DNA from: Candidatus Hydrogenedentota bacterium | GTDB lineage: Bacteria; Hydrogenedentota; Hydrogenedentia; Hydrogenedentales; SLHB01 | Length of the DNA: 64,000 bases | Direction: 5' to 3' | Assembly (NCBI GenBank): GCA_045863295.1 | Contig: BTWA01000007.1 | Span: 104,469 to 168,468, forward strand | Shown: positions 1 through 11,050 of the stretch, in pieces | Layout of the letters: each line of letters opens with the position of its first letter | How positions within the stretch are numbered: position 1 is the stretch's first letter | The notes under the pieces: generated by a model | What the model was told of the DNA's origin: nothing | Databases searched by the model: none | The model's input: only the letters and a program-made list of their open reading frames with translations | Program-made: the position numbers and the translations under genes

Positions 1-51
1 ACAGCCGAAATCGTGGACGGCGCTGTTACCGTAGTCGATTTTGATTTCTAG
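1..51 (+). CDS. C-terminal end of a gene running in from the left edge (TAEIVDGAVTVVDFDF*)
   Basis: Frame 1 is open from base 1 to TAG at 49-51 and reads like a beta-strand ending. Its stop overlaps the convergent stop of 48..2135 (CTAG). Confidence 0.5.
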   Translation, partial: TAEIVDGAVTVVDFDF

Positions 52-2135
52 GGTCTTGGCGGAAACCACATGCTCATGGGATCCGGCCCGTCGCCCGTCT
101 TGAGCACCTTTTCCACTTCCAGTTTTCCCATGTCAATCACATGCAGACCGTCGAGATGTTCGCAACCCACAAATGCCCGTTTCTCATCCGGGGTCAACTC
201 GACTCCAATGGCAAACGGCCCCACGGCGATGCGTTTCAGCTCCGTGCGGGTCGTCACATCAATGACAATGAGTTCGCCTTTCTCCGTCCAGCTCGGCACG
301 AGCGCCTTCGTTCCGTCTTTCGTGAACTTGATACGCACGGGCATGCCGGGACAGGGAAAGGTCTCAATGGGCTCATGCGTGGCGAGATCGATGATCGTGA
401 TCGAACCACCGGATTGATTCGCGGCCCACAAGTGTTTTCCATCCGGCGTAAACGCCATGCCTTCGACGCCCTTGCCGCAGGGGATTTGCTTCATCAATTC
501 TCCGGATTTCCGGTCGATTACTGACACCGTCTGCGATTCGATATTGGCGGTATACAATCGCTCGTTGTCCGGCGACACGAGCACCATATGCGATATCTTG
601 CCGTGCGTGGGAATGGCTCGCGTCACCTCGTGTGTGGCCGTATCCACCTCCACGACGAAACCGGTCTGTCCGGCGGTGAAGTAAGCATGCTTTCCGTCGG
701 GCGCCATGGTGGCCCCGTGGATGCGCGTGTACTCGCCGGTCTTGATCTGTTTGATGTGTTTTCGCTGCGTCAAATCGACGACCGAAATTGTATCCCCCGG
801 CGCTTCGTAGTTGGAGAGATACATGAACCGCTGATCCGGCGTGATGCACATCTCATGGGGATTCGGTCCGGTCGAAATCACGTCCAGCACGGCAAGCGTA
901 TGGGGATCGATAAACGTGACGGTATCGTCATGCTTGTTCGCCACGGTGAAGATCGGCCCTTCGGGCCACACGGCCACCCCGCGCAAGGTCTCCGCCGAAG
1001 CAATCTCTTTCAAGACCGCAAACGGCGGCTCTTCACCACGTTCGCGCGTGGTGAAGAAATTGAACACTTGAATGCCGTCCGCGCCGACCTGCCACAATCG
1101 CCGCGCCATCTCGCGATACATCTCCGGTTCCCGTGCAACTTCAATGGACGCATACAAAGGGAATTCCTGGGGCAACGCTTTCCGGTACGCCTTGAGGGGC
1201 AAGGGAAAATCATTCCGCAAGTAGTGCGAAACAATCACCATATCCAGCAGTCCGTTCTTCGCCCACGACACCGGATCGATTCCAATGGCCGTGTTCTGTT
1301 CCGGTTTGGCCATGATCCGCGCGCACAACAAAATTGGCCGTCCCCGCTGGTCTCCGATCTCCTTGGTCATGGCGCGAATCTCACTCATCCAAGCCGTCAT
1401 CGTGGGGATGTGCTGTTGTTCCTCGCCGGGCTTGAAGTACATGGGAAACCGCTGGAAATCGAGATCAAGGCCGTCGAGGTCGTAGCGCTCGCAACATTCG
1501 CGAAGCATGGCCAAGGTGTACGCCCGCACCTCGGGTATCGCAAAGTTCAACCCCGCCGGAAGCCACGTAGCCACGATCGGGTGCGTGTCCGGACCCAGAA
1601 TCTCGTGATACACCGGCGGCAAGGGATCGCTGTGTTTGCCGATGCGCCACTCCGGATGGTCTTTCCAGAATCGCGAGAGAATGACGTGGTCTTCATATTC
1701 AACGGCATGAACCTCGTTCAAGCGAAACGATATGAACGCCTCCATGCCGCGCTCTTTCGCGCGCGATAGGATAAGCGCGATCGGATCATGACCGGCCGAA
1801 ATCAGCCCGCGCAGATTGAGGATCCCGCGCTCGGTCGTCTTCTCGGCCGCGTCCGGCGTAATCCGCGCCGCAATCGCGGGGTTCACGTGCTCGCCGATAA
1901 AGTCGCCCACCTTCGTGGGATAGTTCAGCGTCATCCCGATGTTGGGGCTCATCAGGAACGTGGTAACCTCCGTATCCGCGACTTCATCCACATGCCGGTA
2001 CACATCCTCCGGCGTCATCGGCGGCTGCTTGTAAATAAACATGTTGTCGCCGTCGCTGTTGTACAAAATCCGGTGCGGTCCCGCGTGTGCAGCAACAACA
2101 ACGAACAAGAAACCGGCAAAAAATCTACACGTCAT
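48..2135 (-). CDS. Secreted fusion: GH10-like (GHL10/DUF187-type) TIM barrel plus C-terminal YVTN/YncE beta-propeller
   Basis: Signal peptide (AHA). N-part motifs YNSDG, FRLNEVH, FWKDHPEW, YDLDGLDLDFQR. C-part repeats such as ITPDQRFMYLSN, VSPDNERLYTAN, FTPDGKHLWAAN. Confidence 0.8.
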   Translation of the reverse strand: MTCRFFAGFLFVVVAAHAGPHRILYNSDGDNMFIYKQPPMTPEDVYRHVDEVADTEVTTFLMSPNIGMTLNYPTKVGDFIGEHVNPAIAARITPDAAEKTTERGILNLRGLISAGHDPIALILSRAKERGMEAFISFRLNEVHAVEYEDHVILSRFWKDHPEWRIGKHSDPLPPVYHEILGPDTHPIVATWLPAGLNFAIPEVRAYTLAMLRECCERYDLDGLDLDFQRFPMYFKPGEEQQHIPTMTAWMSEIRAMTKEIGDQRGRPILLCARIMAKPEQNTAIGIDPVSWAKNGLLDMVIVSHYLRNDFPLPLKAYRKALPQEFPLYASIEVAREPEMYREMARRLWQVGADGIQVFNFFTTRERGEEPPFAVLKEIASAETLRGVAVWPEGPIFTVANKHDDTVTFIDPHTLAVLDVISTGPNPHEMCITPDQRFMYLSNYEAPGDTISVVDLTQRKHIKQIKTGEYTRIHGATMAPDGKHAYFTAGQTGFVVEVDTATHEVTRAIPTHGKISHMVLVSPDNERLYTANIESQTVSVIDRKSGELMKQIPCGKGVEGMAFTPDGKHLWAANQSGGSITIIDLATHEPIETFPCPGMPVRIKFTKDGTKALVPSWTEKGELIVIDVTTRTELKRIAVGPFAIGVELTPDEKRAFVGCEHLDGLHVIDMGKLEVEKVLKTGDGPDPMSMWFPPRP

Positions 2136-2375
2136 CGATCCCCCTCTCCTGCGTCACAGGCCAACGTTCGCCTTCAACGCTTAACAAAGCAGAAAACAGT
2201 GAGAAATTCCATCAATAACCCTTGTTTTGTTTTTTTGATTCACCTGCGAAATGCAACACCCCATGACAAATAAGTAAGAGTAACATGTAACAAGACTCGA
2301 GCACAGGTGTTGAAATGCATCTTCATCCGCGTGAATCCGGATTCTCTTTTCCGGCCTCGGAATAGGCTTGTCGCT

Positions 2376-2389
2376 TGAAACCGGTTTCA
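2376..2389. promoter_or_regulatory. LacI/CcpA-type palindromic operator TGAAACCGGTTTCA
   Basis: Perfect 14-bp palindrome with a central CG, matching the TGnAAnCGnTTnCA pattern. Intergenic, upstream of the GH-like gene. Confidence 0.55.
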
Positions 2390-2513
2390 TTCGCGATAGT
2401 TACCGATAGAGCATAGAGCGACTTTAGGAGTCTTCGCACGGGCCCCGCAGGTTTCCCAGAAAGAGAATAAGAAGCGTAGTCGGACGCCCATTGCATGGAC
2501 TCTGCCCATGCAC

Positions 2514-3974
2514 CTACGCCAGCACGCCCTGTACAACCTTTCCGTGTACGTCCGTAAGCCGGTATAGGCGTCCCTGAAATTTGTACGTGAGCCGCTCGTG
2601 ATCGATGCCAAGCAAGTGCAACAGCGTGGCATGGAAATCGTGCACGTGCACGCCGTTCTCCGCCACGTTGTAGCCGAACTCGTCCGTCTGGCCGTACGAC
2701 AGGCCCGGTTTCACGCCGCCGCCCGCCATCCACACCGTAAAGCAGCGGGGATGATGATCGCGCCCGTAGTTGCCGTCGCTGAGTTTGCCCTGCGAGTAGT
2801 TGGTGCGCCCAAATTCGCCGCCCCAGATGACCAGGGTCTCGTCCAGCATGCCGCGCCGTTTCAAGTCCATGATCAGGGCCGCGCAGGCCTGGTCCGTCTC
2901 TTTGCATTTTACTGGGAGATTCTTCGGCACGTCGCCGTGATGGTCCCAGTCCCGGTGGTACAGTTGAATGAATTTCACGCCCCGCTCGGCCAATCGCCGG
3001 GCCAACAGGCAGTTCGACGCGAAAGAACCGGGATCGCGCGAATCCGGCCCGTATTCCTCAAAGATCGAATGCGGTTCGTCGGACATGTCGGTCACATCCG
3101 GCACGGAGGTTTGCATGCGGTAGGCCATTTCATACTGCGCAATGCGGGATTCCAATCCCGTGTGCCCGGTTTGTGCCAGTTGCCATTCGTGCAACTCCTT
3201 GAGCCGGTCCAGCAACATGCGGCGGCTTTCGCCCGTCACGCCGTCCGGGTTGGTCAGGTAAAGCACCGGATCGGCCCCGGCCCGGAATTGCACGCCCTGG
3301 TGGGTTGATGCAAGGAATCCGCTGCCCCAAAGCCGCGAATACAGCGGCTGGCCGCCCTTGGCCTTGGTCAACATCACCACGAAGGAAGGAAGATTCTCGT
3401 TTTCGGATCCCAGGCCGTAAGACAACCAGGACCCGATGCACGGCCGGCCCGAAAGTTGGGATCCGGTCTGCAGAAACGTAATCGCGGGATCGTGATTAAT
3501 CGCCTCCGTGTACATGGAACGAATCACGCACAACTCATCCGCCACCTGCGCCGTGTAGGGAAGCTGATCGCTGATCCACTGCCCGCTTTGGCCATGTTGC
3601 TTGAACTGGAATACCGACCCCGCGAGCGGCAGGGACGACTGGTTCGCCGACATGCCCGTGAGCCGCTGGCCCTGCCGCACGGAGTCCGGCAACTGCTGCC
3701 CATTGAGCTCGTTCAGCAGCGGTTTGTAATCGAACAAGTCCATCTGCGAGGGACCGCCGCTCTGAAAGAGATAGATCACCCGCTTCGCCTTCGGCGCGTA
3801 ATGGGGGAGATCCAATGCCATACCGGGTGCAACGCTCGCACCGGCCCCGGAGGGATTGAGTAGATTGGCCAAAGCCATGCCGCCAAGGCCCATGCCGAAC
3901 CGGTTCAAAAAACGCCGACGGCTCATGCCGTCCAGGGGCTCCGGACCGGTGCAAACGGGGCAATGTCTATCCAT
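2514..3974 (-). CDS. DUF1501 domain protein (sulfatase-fold, Tat-exported)
   Basis: SRRRFL Tat motif; PKAKRVIYLFQSGGPSQMDLFDYKP; WDHH; WGGEFGRT; GRDHHP; RLTDVHG. Confidence 0.92.
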   Translation of the reverse strand: MDRHCPVCTGPEPLDGMSRRRFLNRFGMGLGGMALANLLNPSGAGASVAPGMALDLPHYAPKAKRVIYLFQSGGPSQMDLFDYKPLLNELNGQQLPDSVRQGQRLTGMSANQSSLPLAGSVFQFKQHGQSGQWISDQLPYTAQVADELCVIRSMYTEAINHDPAITFLQTGSQLSGRPCIGSWLSYGLGSENENLPSFVVMLTKAKGGQPLYSRLWGSGFLASTHQGVQFRAGADPVLYLTNPDGVTGESRRMLLDRLKELHEWQLAQTGHTGLESRIAQYEMAYRMQTSVPDVTDMSDEPHSIFEEYGPDSRDPGSFASNCLLARRLAERGVKFIQLYHRDWDHHGDVPKNLPVKCKETDQACAALIMDLKRRGMLDETLVIWGGEFGRTNYSQGKLSDGNYGRDHHPRCFTVWMAGGGVKPGLSYGQTDEFGYNVAENGVHVHDFHATLLHLLGIDHERLTYKFQGRLYRLTDVHGKVVQGVLA

Positions 3975-3984
3975 GAAACCAACC

Positions 3985-6900
3985 TCAATACTTGGTTTGA
4001 AATGCGTCCACGTTCATGATCAATTGGGCCACGGCGGTGGCGGCTGCATACTGCGCGGGATCAAAATCCTCCCGCCGCGGTCTTTCGCCCACATCCGTGT
4101 AGGCAATGGCTTCTTCGGCATGTGCGGTGTAATACGCAACTTGCTCGTCGTATGCCTGCTGTAAAATTGCCGCTTCTTCCGGCGAAGGGCTTTGGCTCGT
4201 TAATGCGCGGTACATGTGCGTAAGGCGCGCTTCCACATCGGAATGCGCATCCATCGCCTTTTCGGCCAATACCCGCGAAGCTTCAATATACTGCGGATCG
4301 TTCAACAGGATCAGGGATTGAAGCGGAGTCGCCGTGACTTCGCGCCGCACCGTGCACACTTCCCGGTTCGGCGCGTCGAACGTGGCCAACGTGACCGGAT
4401 GCACCGTGCGCTTCCAGTACGTGTACATGCTTTTCCGATAGAGACCGTCGCCCGAGTCGGGCACATAGGTAAGGCCGCTGGCGTCAATCCAGAGATCCGT
4501 GGGCTGATACGGCTTCACACTGGGTCCCCCCACGGTCGTCACCAGCAGGCTGCTGGCAGCAAGTGCATTATCCCGTATCAGTTCCGCGGAAAGCCGCTGC
4601 CGCGGTCCACGTGCGAGCAAAACGTTGTGCGGATCGCGGTCGGTCAGGTCCGGGCGCGGAGTCGAGTCCTGGCGGTACGTCGCGGACATGACAATCAACT
4701 TGAGCAGTTGTTTGGTATCCCAGCTGGAGTCCCGGTATTCCTTGGCCAGCCAGTCCAGCAAATCCGGATGGGAAGGCGCGCGGCCCTGGGTGCCGAAATC
4801 CTCCTGGGTTTCCACCAGTCCACGGCCAAAAACCATCAGCCAATACCGGTTGACGGCCACGCGCGCCGTCAACGGGTGGTCAGGCTCGAAAAGCCATTGG
4901 GCCAATCCCAGGCGGTTTGCAGGACGCTCGCCGAACGGCATAATGCTCTCCGGCGTGGACGGTTGCACCGGATCGGTCGGGTGATCGTACGCGCCGCGAG
5001 CCAGCACGTACGCCTGTCGCGGTTCCGGCATGTCTCGCATCACCATAATTTCAGGAACCCCGCCAATAAACGTATTCTCGATTTCCCTGGCGACCTGCAA
5101 TGCCGTTGTGGCATCGCGATACGCCGGATCGACCGCAAGAAGGTAATACGCAAAGAGCGAATCCTCGGCGGCAGGATCCGTCCCGGTGCAACGTTCCGCG
5201 ATAATAGTAGGGAGATCGTGTTGGCCGGCTATGGATTCCACTTCCAGCGACGAAATCTCGCGATCGAAAACCATGAATTCATCGAGAAGGCCGTTCGTGA
5301 ATCCGTTGTCGCGAAAGCGTTGCCCAAGATGGAGGGCAGGGGAGTCTTTAGGGTCGGCGTACATGATTGTTTTGTACAGATTGTCGCGAATCACCTCTGT
5401 TTCAAGGAGTGTGCCGTTCATGAACAGGCGGATGCCGGAAGCCTTGCTGGAGCCGTCGTAGGTCACGGCCACATGTGTCCAGGCGTCGATGGGAATCGCT
5501 TCCTTCGCGGTCACCCGCACGGCATTGCCCGGCCAAAAGTGATTCAACGCAAACTCAGGCCGGCCCTGATTCAGCAGAAGCTCGTAGCCGCGGCTGGCGG
5601 CATCGAGAGACGCCTTGGACGCATGGCACACCACCATGCGATCCGTATGGCCCGGAATTCGGATCCACGATGCAATGGAAAACGGTTGGCACCGTTCGAA
5701 CTTGCCCTGCTCGGCGAGTTTCACCGCGTCTTCGCCGCTAAATAACGCGGCGTGGCCCACTTTGCCCTCCGTTGCGGTCACGCCGGAGTCGACGTCCGCG
5801 GGTTTGTCCGCCGTGCTCGTATTGGGCGTCTTGCCATCGGAAATTTCGTCGAACGGTAAGTGTGCGATAGGCGCCAGCGGCGGCGCGTTTCGATCGGGAC
5901 TGTTTCGCCACGCAACGAAGCGCTCGCGAGCCGGTTCGATGGCCTGTGCGCGTTCGGCAACCTTGGCCTGTATCGATTCCATGTGCCGGACGTGTTCCGC
6001 GCGTGATTCCTCGGTCGTCAGGAACATCCCGGGCGACGGAGTTGCATTGGTGAAGTGGGAGTACATCCCCGATTCGTCCAGATTGTTGAAAAACGAGAAC
6101 AGGCTGTAGTAATCGCGTTGCGAGATGGGGTCGAACTTGTGGTCGTGACAGCGTGCGCAATCCATCGTCAGACCGAGGAACGCGGTCGAGAAAGTATTCG
6201 CGCGATCCGCAACATAGGCCACGCGGAATTCTTCAGGGATACTGCCGCCTTCGTTGGTTTGACGATGTAGGCGGTTGAATGTCGTGGCAAGGACCTGATC
6301 CTGGCTTGGATTGGGCAGGAGATCGCCTGCAAGCTGCCACGTTACAAATTGGTCGTAGGGCATGTTTTCAGTGAATGCCCTGATGACCCAGTCCCGCCAG
6401 GGCCATACAAACATTTCGACATCCGCCTGATAGCCATAGGTATCGCCATACCGCGCAAGATCGAGCCACTCATTGGTCATGCGCTCGCCGTACGCCGGCG
6501 ACTCCAAAAGCCGATCGACCAGCCGCTCATAAGCGCCTGGCGCTTCGTCGGCAAGAAACGCGTCAATCTCTTCAAGCGATGGCGGCAACCCGGTAAGGTC
6601 CATGGAGACTCGGCGGATGAGGATTTCTTTGTTCGCTTGGGGTGAGGGTGTCAATCCCTCGGCCTGCAAACGCTCAAGGATAAACAGATCGACAGGAGTC
6701 TTCGCCCAACCTGCGCTGTCTCGAATATCCGGCAGTGGGGTGTCCGCCAACGGAATGAACGCCCAGTGTGGTTTGTATTCGGCGCCCTCCCGGACCCATC
6801 GAACCAGTTTCTCAATCTGGGTCGAATCCAGTACGCGCTTGGAATCGGGCGGCGGCATTTTCTCAGATGGATCTCCGCTCGTGATACGCTTGACCAGTTC

Positions 6901-7143
6901 GCTTGCATCCGAGTTTCCAGGCACGACCGCGCCCTTGCTCTTGGCCTCCTCGGCGACGTCCAGCCGGAGTCCGGCCTTGCGCTGGTTGGCGTCCCGGCCG
7001 TGGCAATGAAAACAGTTGTCCGCCAGGATCGGCCGGATATCGCGATTGAAGTCCAGCGGTTTCGTTTGGCCGTATGCGGCTGTGGCAAAGCCGGCAAATG
7101 CAGCCCAGAAGGAATAGAACAAAACAGCCCGATACATAAACAC
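3985..7143 (-). CDS. Planctomycete cytochrome C (PSCyt1) / DUF1549 / LamG / DUF1553 protein
   Basis: [40 protein letters not shown]; LamG-like [11 protein letters not shown] and [29 protein letters not shown]. Confidence 0.92.
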   Translation of the reverse strand: MFMYRAVLFYSFWAAFAGFATAAYGQTKPLDFNRDIRPILADNCFHCHGRDANQRKAGLRLDVAEEAKSKGAVVPGNSDASELVKRITSGDPSEKMPPPDSKRVLDSTQIEKLVRWVREGAEYKPHWAFIPLADTPLPDIRDSAGWAKTPVDLFILERLQAEGLTPSPQANKEILIRRVSMDLTGLPPSLEEIDAFLADEAPGAYERLVDRLLESPAYGERMTNEWLDLARYGDTYGYQADVEMFVWPWRDWVIRAFTENMPYDQFVTWQLAGDLLPNPSQDQVLATTFNRLHRQTNEGGSIPEEFRVAYVADRANTFSTAFLGLTMDCARCHDHKFDPISQRDYYSLFSFFNNLDESGMYSHFTNATPSPGMFLTTEESRAEHVRHMESIQAKVAERAQAIEPARERFVAWRNSPDRNAPPLAPIAHLPFDEISDGKTPNTSTADKPADVDSGVTATEGKVGHAALFSGEDAVKLAEQGKFERCQPFSIASWIRIPGHTDRMVVCHASKASLDAASRGYELLLNQGRPEFALNHFWPGNAVRVTAKEAIPIDAWTHVAVTYDGSSKASGIRLFMNGTLLETEVIRDNLYKTIMYADPKDSPALHLGQRFRDNGFTNGLLDEFMVFDREISSLEVESIAGQHDLPTIIAERCTGTDPAAEDSLFAYYLLAVDPAYRDATTALQVAREIENTFIGGVPEIMVMRDMPEPRQAYVLARGAYDHPTDPVQPSTPESIMPFGERPANRLGLAQWLFEPDHPLTARVAVNRYWLMVFGRGLVETQEDFGTQGRAPSHPDLLDWLAKEYRDSSWDTKQLLKLIVMSATYRQDSTPRPDLTDRDPHNVLLARGPRQRLSAELIRDNALAASSLLVTTVGGPSVKPYQPTDLWIDASGLTYVPDSGDGLYRKSMYTYWKRTVHPVTLATFDAPNREVCTVRREVTATPLQSLILLNDPQYIEASRVLAEKAMDAHSDVEARLTHMYRALTSQSPSPEEAAILQQAYDEQVAYYTAHAEEAIAYTDVGERPRREDFDPAQYAAATAVAQLIMNVDAFQTKY

Positions 7144-7261
7144 CTGACCATCAAGTTGCAGCCGCGCCCTCGTGGGGCAGGAGACACACTCGCATCTCTT
7201 GCCTTACTCTACAACCCTCGGCCGAAAGGCGCAAGGAGCCTGCCGTCGCGACGCAGGGCGG

Positions 7262-8311
7262 TCACATCCACCGGTACTGCTGTTCGATGCTGTCATGGGG
7301 CCGGTAAGGATGGATAACTTCCTCCAATTGGGGCCCCAGAATCTCCATTTGGGAGGACTCAAATGCCCCCATGTTCGCCTGGGCGCAGAAGACCAAGTAA
7401 CCGATCTTGGCGGGGTCAAAGCCCATGAGGCGCGCGGCGGTACAATCCGCGGCGAGGAAGTCGGTGCTGGCCACGGCGACGCGGTGATCCACCGGTTCGC
7501 CTCCCACCGGCCCGTTGTGTTCCATGCCCTGAAACCCGTCGAGTACGGTAAGGTGTGGGCGCAGCTTCTGGGACAGCGTGAACAGGTTGTAGTGGATGCC
7601 TTGATTCTCGGGTCCGCCGTGGACCAGATGTTTGTCGCTGGACCCCTGGCTGCCCGCGCCCCAACGGAACCCTTTGTCTTTCAGAATTCCACCCACGGTG
7701 AGGTTCTTTATGCCGAGGGTGACCACGGCGCGGTCATGCGTCTTGAAGTTCGCCGTGCTGATAACAAACGTGTCGGGATCGGTCAGGAATGTCGAGAAGC
7801 GGATGGGTACTGCATGGTGCCGTTCGTTGACGACATGCGCGCGTTCAAAGGGCAGGTCGTCCAAATCCAGGAAACGGACCCGGTACCGGTTTGCAAGCGC
7901 CGGATACCCATAGTGATCGTATCCTTCCACGGTAGCAGCGTTGGCGGAAGTTTCGGCCACGACGATTTCTTCGCTTGTGAGCGGAGTCAGGAATTCCAAA
8001 AGACCTTCCAGACACTCGGCGTGCGTGGCGGAGAGTTGGTTTTCCGTGCTTACAAGATTGGGTTTGATGACAACCCGCTTCTTCGTAGCAAGCGCGGCCT
8101 TGATGGATGGTTCTATGCGCTTTAACGCGTCGAAAATATTCTGTGCCCGACCATCGCCTTGGGTGACAGCCACCTGACTCGGCGCTGGCGCCAACGTTTG
8201 CGCAAGGCCAACAAAGTTGGCGGTGGCAATTCCGAAAACTCCTCTGGCGGCCAACGACATAAAGTGACGGCGATTGACTACAGACTCCAATTTCGCGTTA
8301 GACGTGCGCAT
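7262..8311 (-). CDS. Tat-exported DUF362 domain protein
   Basis: NRRHFM Tat motif; VVIKPNLV; FKTH...TLGIKN; DGFQGMEHNGP; STDFLAAD. ATG at 8311 follows an AGGGGGA RBS. Confidence 0.85.
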   Translation of the reverse strand: MRTSNAKLESVVNRRHFMSLAARGVFGIATANFVGLAQTLAPAPSQVAVTQGDGRAQNIFDALKRIEPSIKAALATKKRVVIKPNLVSTENQLSATHAECLEGLLEFLTPLTSEEIVVAETSANAATVEGYDHYGYPALANRYRVRFLDLDDLPFERAHVVNERHHAVPIRFSTFLTDPDTFVISTANFKTHDRAVVTLGIKNLTVGGILKDKGFRWGAGSQGSSDKHLVHGGPENQGIHYNLFTLSQKLRPHLTVLDGFQGMEHNGPVGGEPVDHRVAVASTDFLAADCTAARLMGFDPAKIGYLVFCAQANMGAFESSQMEILGPQLEEVIHPYRPHDSIEQQYRWM

Positions 8312-8516
8312 GGCGAGATCTCCCCCTGAACGAAGTAGAAGCAATCCTGGGCAGCCTGGACCCCCATCCGGCCGCCCTGGATCCCGTGGCTTGAGTATAC
8401 CCCAATATACCGATCGGGCGACATCAAGTTTGGCTTAAGCTCATTACTGCAATTGCCGGGACCGATTCAGACGAGAGTTGCTTCTTGGCCGCCATACCGG
8501 CGGCACAAGAGAAGTA

Positions 8517-9182
8517 TCAAGACCGTTTTCGGAACAGCCTGGGGTTGCGTCGTATGAATGCCCGGATTCCGTCTCCAATAAACGAGTATCGCCCCGACTT
8601 GAAATAAGCCATACCCATGGCTGCCACGACAGCGGCGCCTGCTATGTCCACCATTAGGTCCTGCATGGTATCGTCTATGCCTGTCTCCACGCTTTGCATA
8701 TTGGTGCCTGGGAGGGCTCGATCGACGATATATTCAAAGATCTCCCAGATTACCCCCATAAAGACGGCGAACGTCACGCCAAAAAAGCAGACAAACGTGG
8801 GATGAATGCCTTTGGGTAGACGCGATGTTTGGTTCAGCAGATACAAGGTGATAAAGCCCACCATTCCAAACAAGAATCCGGATCCGGCGTGCAGGGCAAG
8901 ATCCCACCACCAGAATTTGTAATAGAAATCACCGGCCGATCCCAGAAAGAAAGACAGGAAGATGAATGCAGCCGATATCAACTGGAACTCAGGCGGCAGA
9001 TAGATGCGATACCGCTTAAGCACCGCGGGCACCACGGTCAATGCAATCACGAGCAGCGTTAGAAATACATTCTCCCAGTCTTGCCGTACGACAAAAACAA
9101 CCAGGCCAATTGCCATCGTTGTCTGAATCACAATGGTCAACTTGAGGTAAAGACTTTGGGAATCCGATTCGTCCTCGGGCAT
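8517..9182 (-). CDS. Integral membrane protein (YjdF/DUF2238-like)
   Basis: Several TM helices; FYYKFWWWDLALH; WEIFEY; DDTMQDL. Confidence 0.75.
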   Translation of the reverse strand: MPEDESDSQSLYLKLTIVIQTTMAIGLVVFVVRQDWENVFLTLLVIALTVVPAVLKRYRIYLPPEFQLISAAFIFLSFFLGSAGDFYYKFWWWDLALHAGSGFLFGMVGFITLYLLNQTSRLPKGIHPTFVCFFGVTFAVFMGVIWEIFEYIVDRALPGTNMQSVETGIDDTMQDLMVDIAGAAVVAAMGMAYFKSGRYSFIGDGIRAFIRRNPRLFRKRS

Positions 9183-9227
9183 ATGGCACTCTATGCAACT
9201 CTACGGCCTCGTTATCCGGGGTCTTCG

Positions 9228-10976
9228 TCAAGGCCGCTTTTGAATCTCTTCCACAATTCTTAACCGCAACGCTTCCAATATCATTCCTTTTTCTGGCAGG
9301 GGTTGAGTTTGCGCCGGGTTTTCAAGCCATGTGCTCCAAGTGGGTACTGCCTCCCGGATTATTTTGTCCACGGCCTCTCTTCCACCGCGCTGTTCGAGGA
9401 TGGTGAGGTATTCGTAGTCTTCCATGCCGTCCCGGAAATTCTTGAGGCGAATGGATGCGATGGGCCCGTCGATGCCTATCTCTTTTCCGGGGTAGAAGAG
9501 AAAGCCTTCTCCATTCCATCGGACGCGGAATCCGGGATCGTGCCATGGATTGCGGTCCGGGCTTCCCCAATAGACAGATGACCAATAGAGGAAGCCAGTA
9601 ATGTTATAGCGGCGGTTTATCCACGGTGCGATGCGGTAGACCAGAGGTGAAAAGTCGATCTGCCAATACGGCGGATCGTCTTCCTTTACCTCTTCGTAAT
9701 GGGGATGGTAGCTATGTGCGCGTTGCGTCAGCGCGGTATAGCTCCAGACAGTATCGCCTTCGGCCTGCACAGCCCGGATAGAGTCTTCATCGATGAATCC
9801 GAGCAGGGGACACCAGATGTCGATGGCTTCATTCAAAGTGCCCCACGCTGGGTCGTGTGTGTAGGTTTGTTCTACGATAAGCCGCCGAAGGCGGGGTTCT
9901 GCCTCCTCTATCTGCGCCGCCAGTTCACGGACCTTGTCGTAATCCTCCAATGTGTTGGGTTCGTCGAACATGTAGATATACGAACGATCCACCCATCCTT
10001 TTCTTGCAAGAAATTCATGCCACGAGGTGTAGTAGTTCTTGCGCTTCACCTGGTCTTCCTCTGAATTGCCGGTGTAGGGAGCCCGGTGAATTTCGAAATT
10101 GGTGACATGAAATCGATCCATGAATTGTGTCAGTCGAGCTTCCAAATCGGCGTCCACCGCGATCACTCCGTCGTCGCCCGGTGTTGGCATGAGTCTCCGC
10201 GGTATAGGCGGATTGATCCGATGGTCGGCGGCCATCGCGATGAATTGATCTTCGATGGCGTAGTAGGCCTCCTCGTCGGTGTTAAGTCCCCAGTATGCGG
10301 CAACCCGTTCGAATCCGCCGAAGTGATTTTCGTGTGTAGGACCCTCCGGCAGGGAGAAACCCCACACTATCAGCGTTACCGGCACGTCGACTGGCTTTGC
10401 ATTTTCCGCGGTAATCGAAATCGAACCTTTGTACTCGCCGGATTTCGCGTTTTTTGGAACGGCGATATCAATCCATATGTTTTCGTGGTGGTCCTCCCAC
10501 ACGTTAAACGGGACACCGCCGAACTGCGCGCCGGATACTTTTTCCCCGTTCCATACGGGAGTCTGGATGGGTTCTCCCGTTACTGGATGGACAAAGGGGA
10601 CAAGGGGATCGGGAATCCATCCCGGCGGTTCGGTTGCGCGAGGCGAAGAGACCCGGACGGGTACGTACACTGCCCGGTACAACGTGCATTCCATGGAAGC
10701 GGGCGTGCCGCCGGCATCCACCATTGGGTTGGCCTTTGCACTTACATTTAGAAGGCTTCCGTTCCTTGCTGTGACGACCACTAGAAACGATTCGGTCTCA
10801 TTTTGCGCGGCGGCCAAAGTGGCCTCCGAGGATCCCGCAATTTCGCCGTTTGGCCTGGCTCTTTCATATGCTGGCAAGACATGCGCTTCTATGGAAGGAG
10901 AGTTGGGCTGTGCCATGGCGATATCCCGTGTCATGATTGCACAGCCCAGGCAAAGTAGCAGCGAGCAGGGTTTCAT
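9228..10976 (-). CDS. Secreted DUF4091 / GH123-like glycoside hydrolase
   Basis: AAQNETESF; YMFDEP; IDIWCP; GFLYW; NGEGFLFYPG; SIRLKNFRDGMEDYEYL. GGAGGA RBS before ATG 10976. Confidence 0.85.
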   Translation of the reverse strand: MKPCSLLLCLGCAIMTRDIAMAQPNSPSIEAHVLPAYERARPNGEIAGSSEATLAAAQNETESFLVVVTARNGSLLNVSAKANPMVDAGGTPASMECTLYRAVYVPVRVSSPRATEPPGWIPDPLVPFVHPVTGEPIQTPVWNGEKVSGAQFGGVPFNVWEDHHENIWIDIAVPKNAKSGEYKGSISITAENAKPVDVPVTLIVWGFSLPEGPTHENHFGGFERVAAYWGLNTDEEAYYAIEDQFIAMAADHRINPPIPRRLMPTPGDDGVIAVDADLEARLTQFMDRFHVTNFEIHRAPYTGNSEEDQVKRKNYYTSWHEFLARKGWVDRSYIYMFDEPNTLEDYDKVRELAAQIEEAEPRLRRLIVEQTYTHDPAWGTLNEAIDIWCPLLGFIDEDSIRAVQAEGDTVWSYTALTQRAHSYHPHYEEVKEDDPPYWQIDFSPLVYRIAPWINRRYNITGFLYWSSVYWGSPDRNPWHDPGFRVRWNGEGFLFYPGKEIGIDGPIASIRLKNFRDGMEDYEYLTILEQRGGREAVDKIIREAVPTWSTWLENPAQTQPLPEKGMILEALRLRIVEEIQKRP

Positions 10977-11050
10977 CGCGAATCCTCCCGTTATCACGCT
11001 TGGACCATCCGTGAAGTCCATCGCGCCTTATCCATTGACTCTATACCGCA

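Noticed and set aside
588..1769. 393-aa plus-strand ORF
   Set aside because: Antisense shadow of the GH10-like gene, with no recognisable motifs.
4216..5745. 509-aa plus-strand ORF
   Set aside because: Antisense shadow of the DUF1553 gene, as expected in GC-rich coding DNA.
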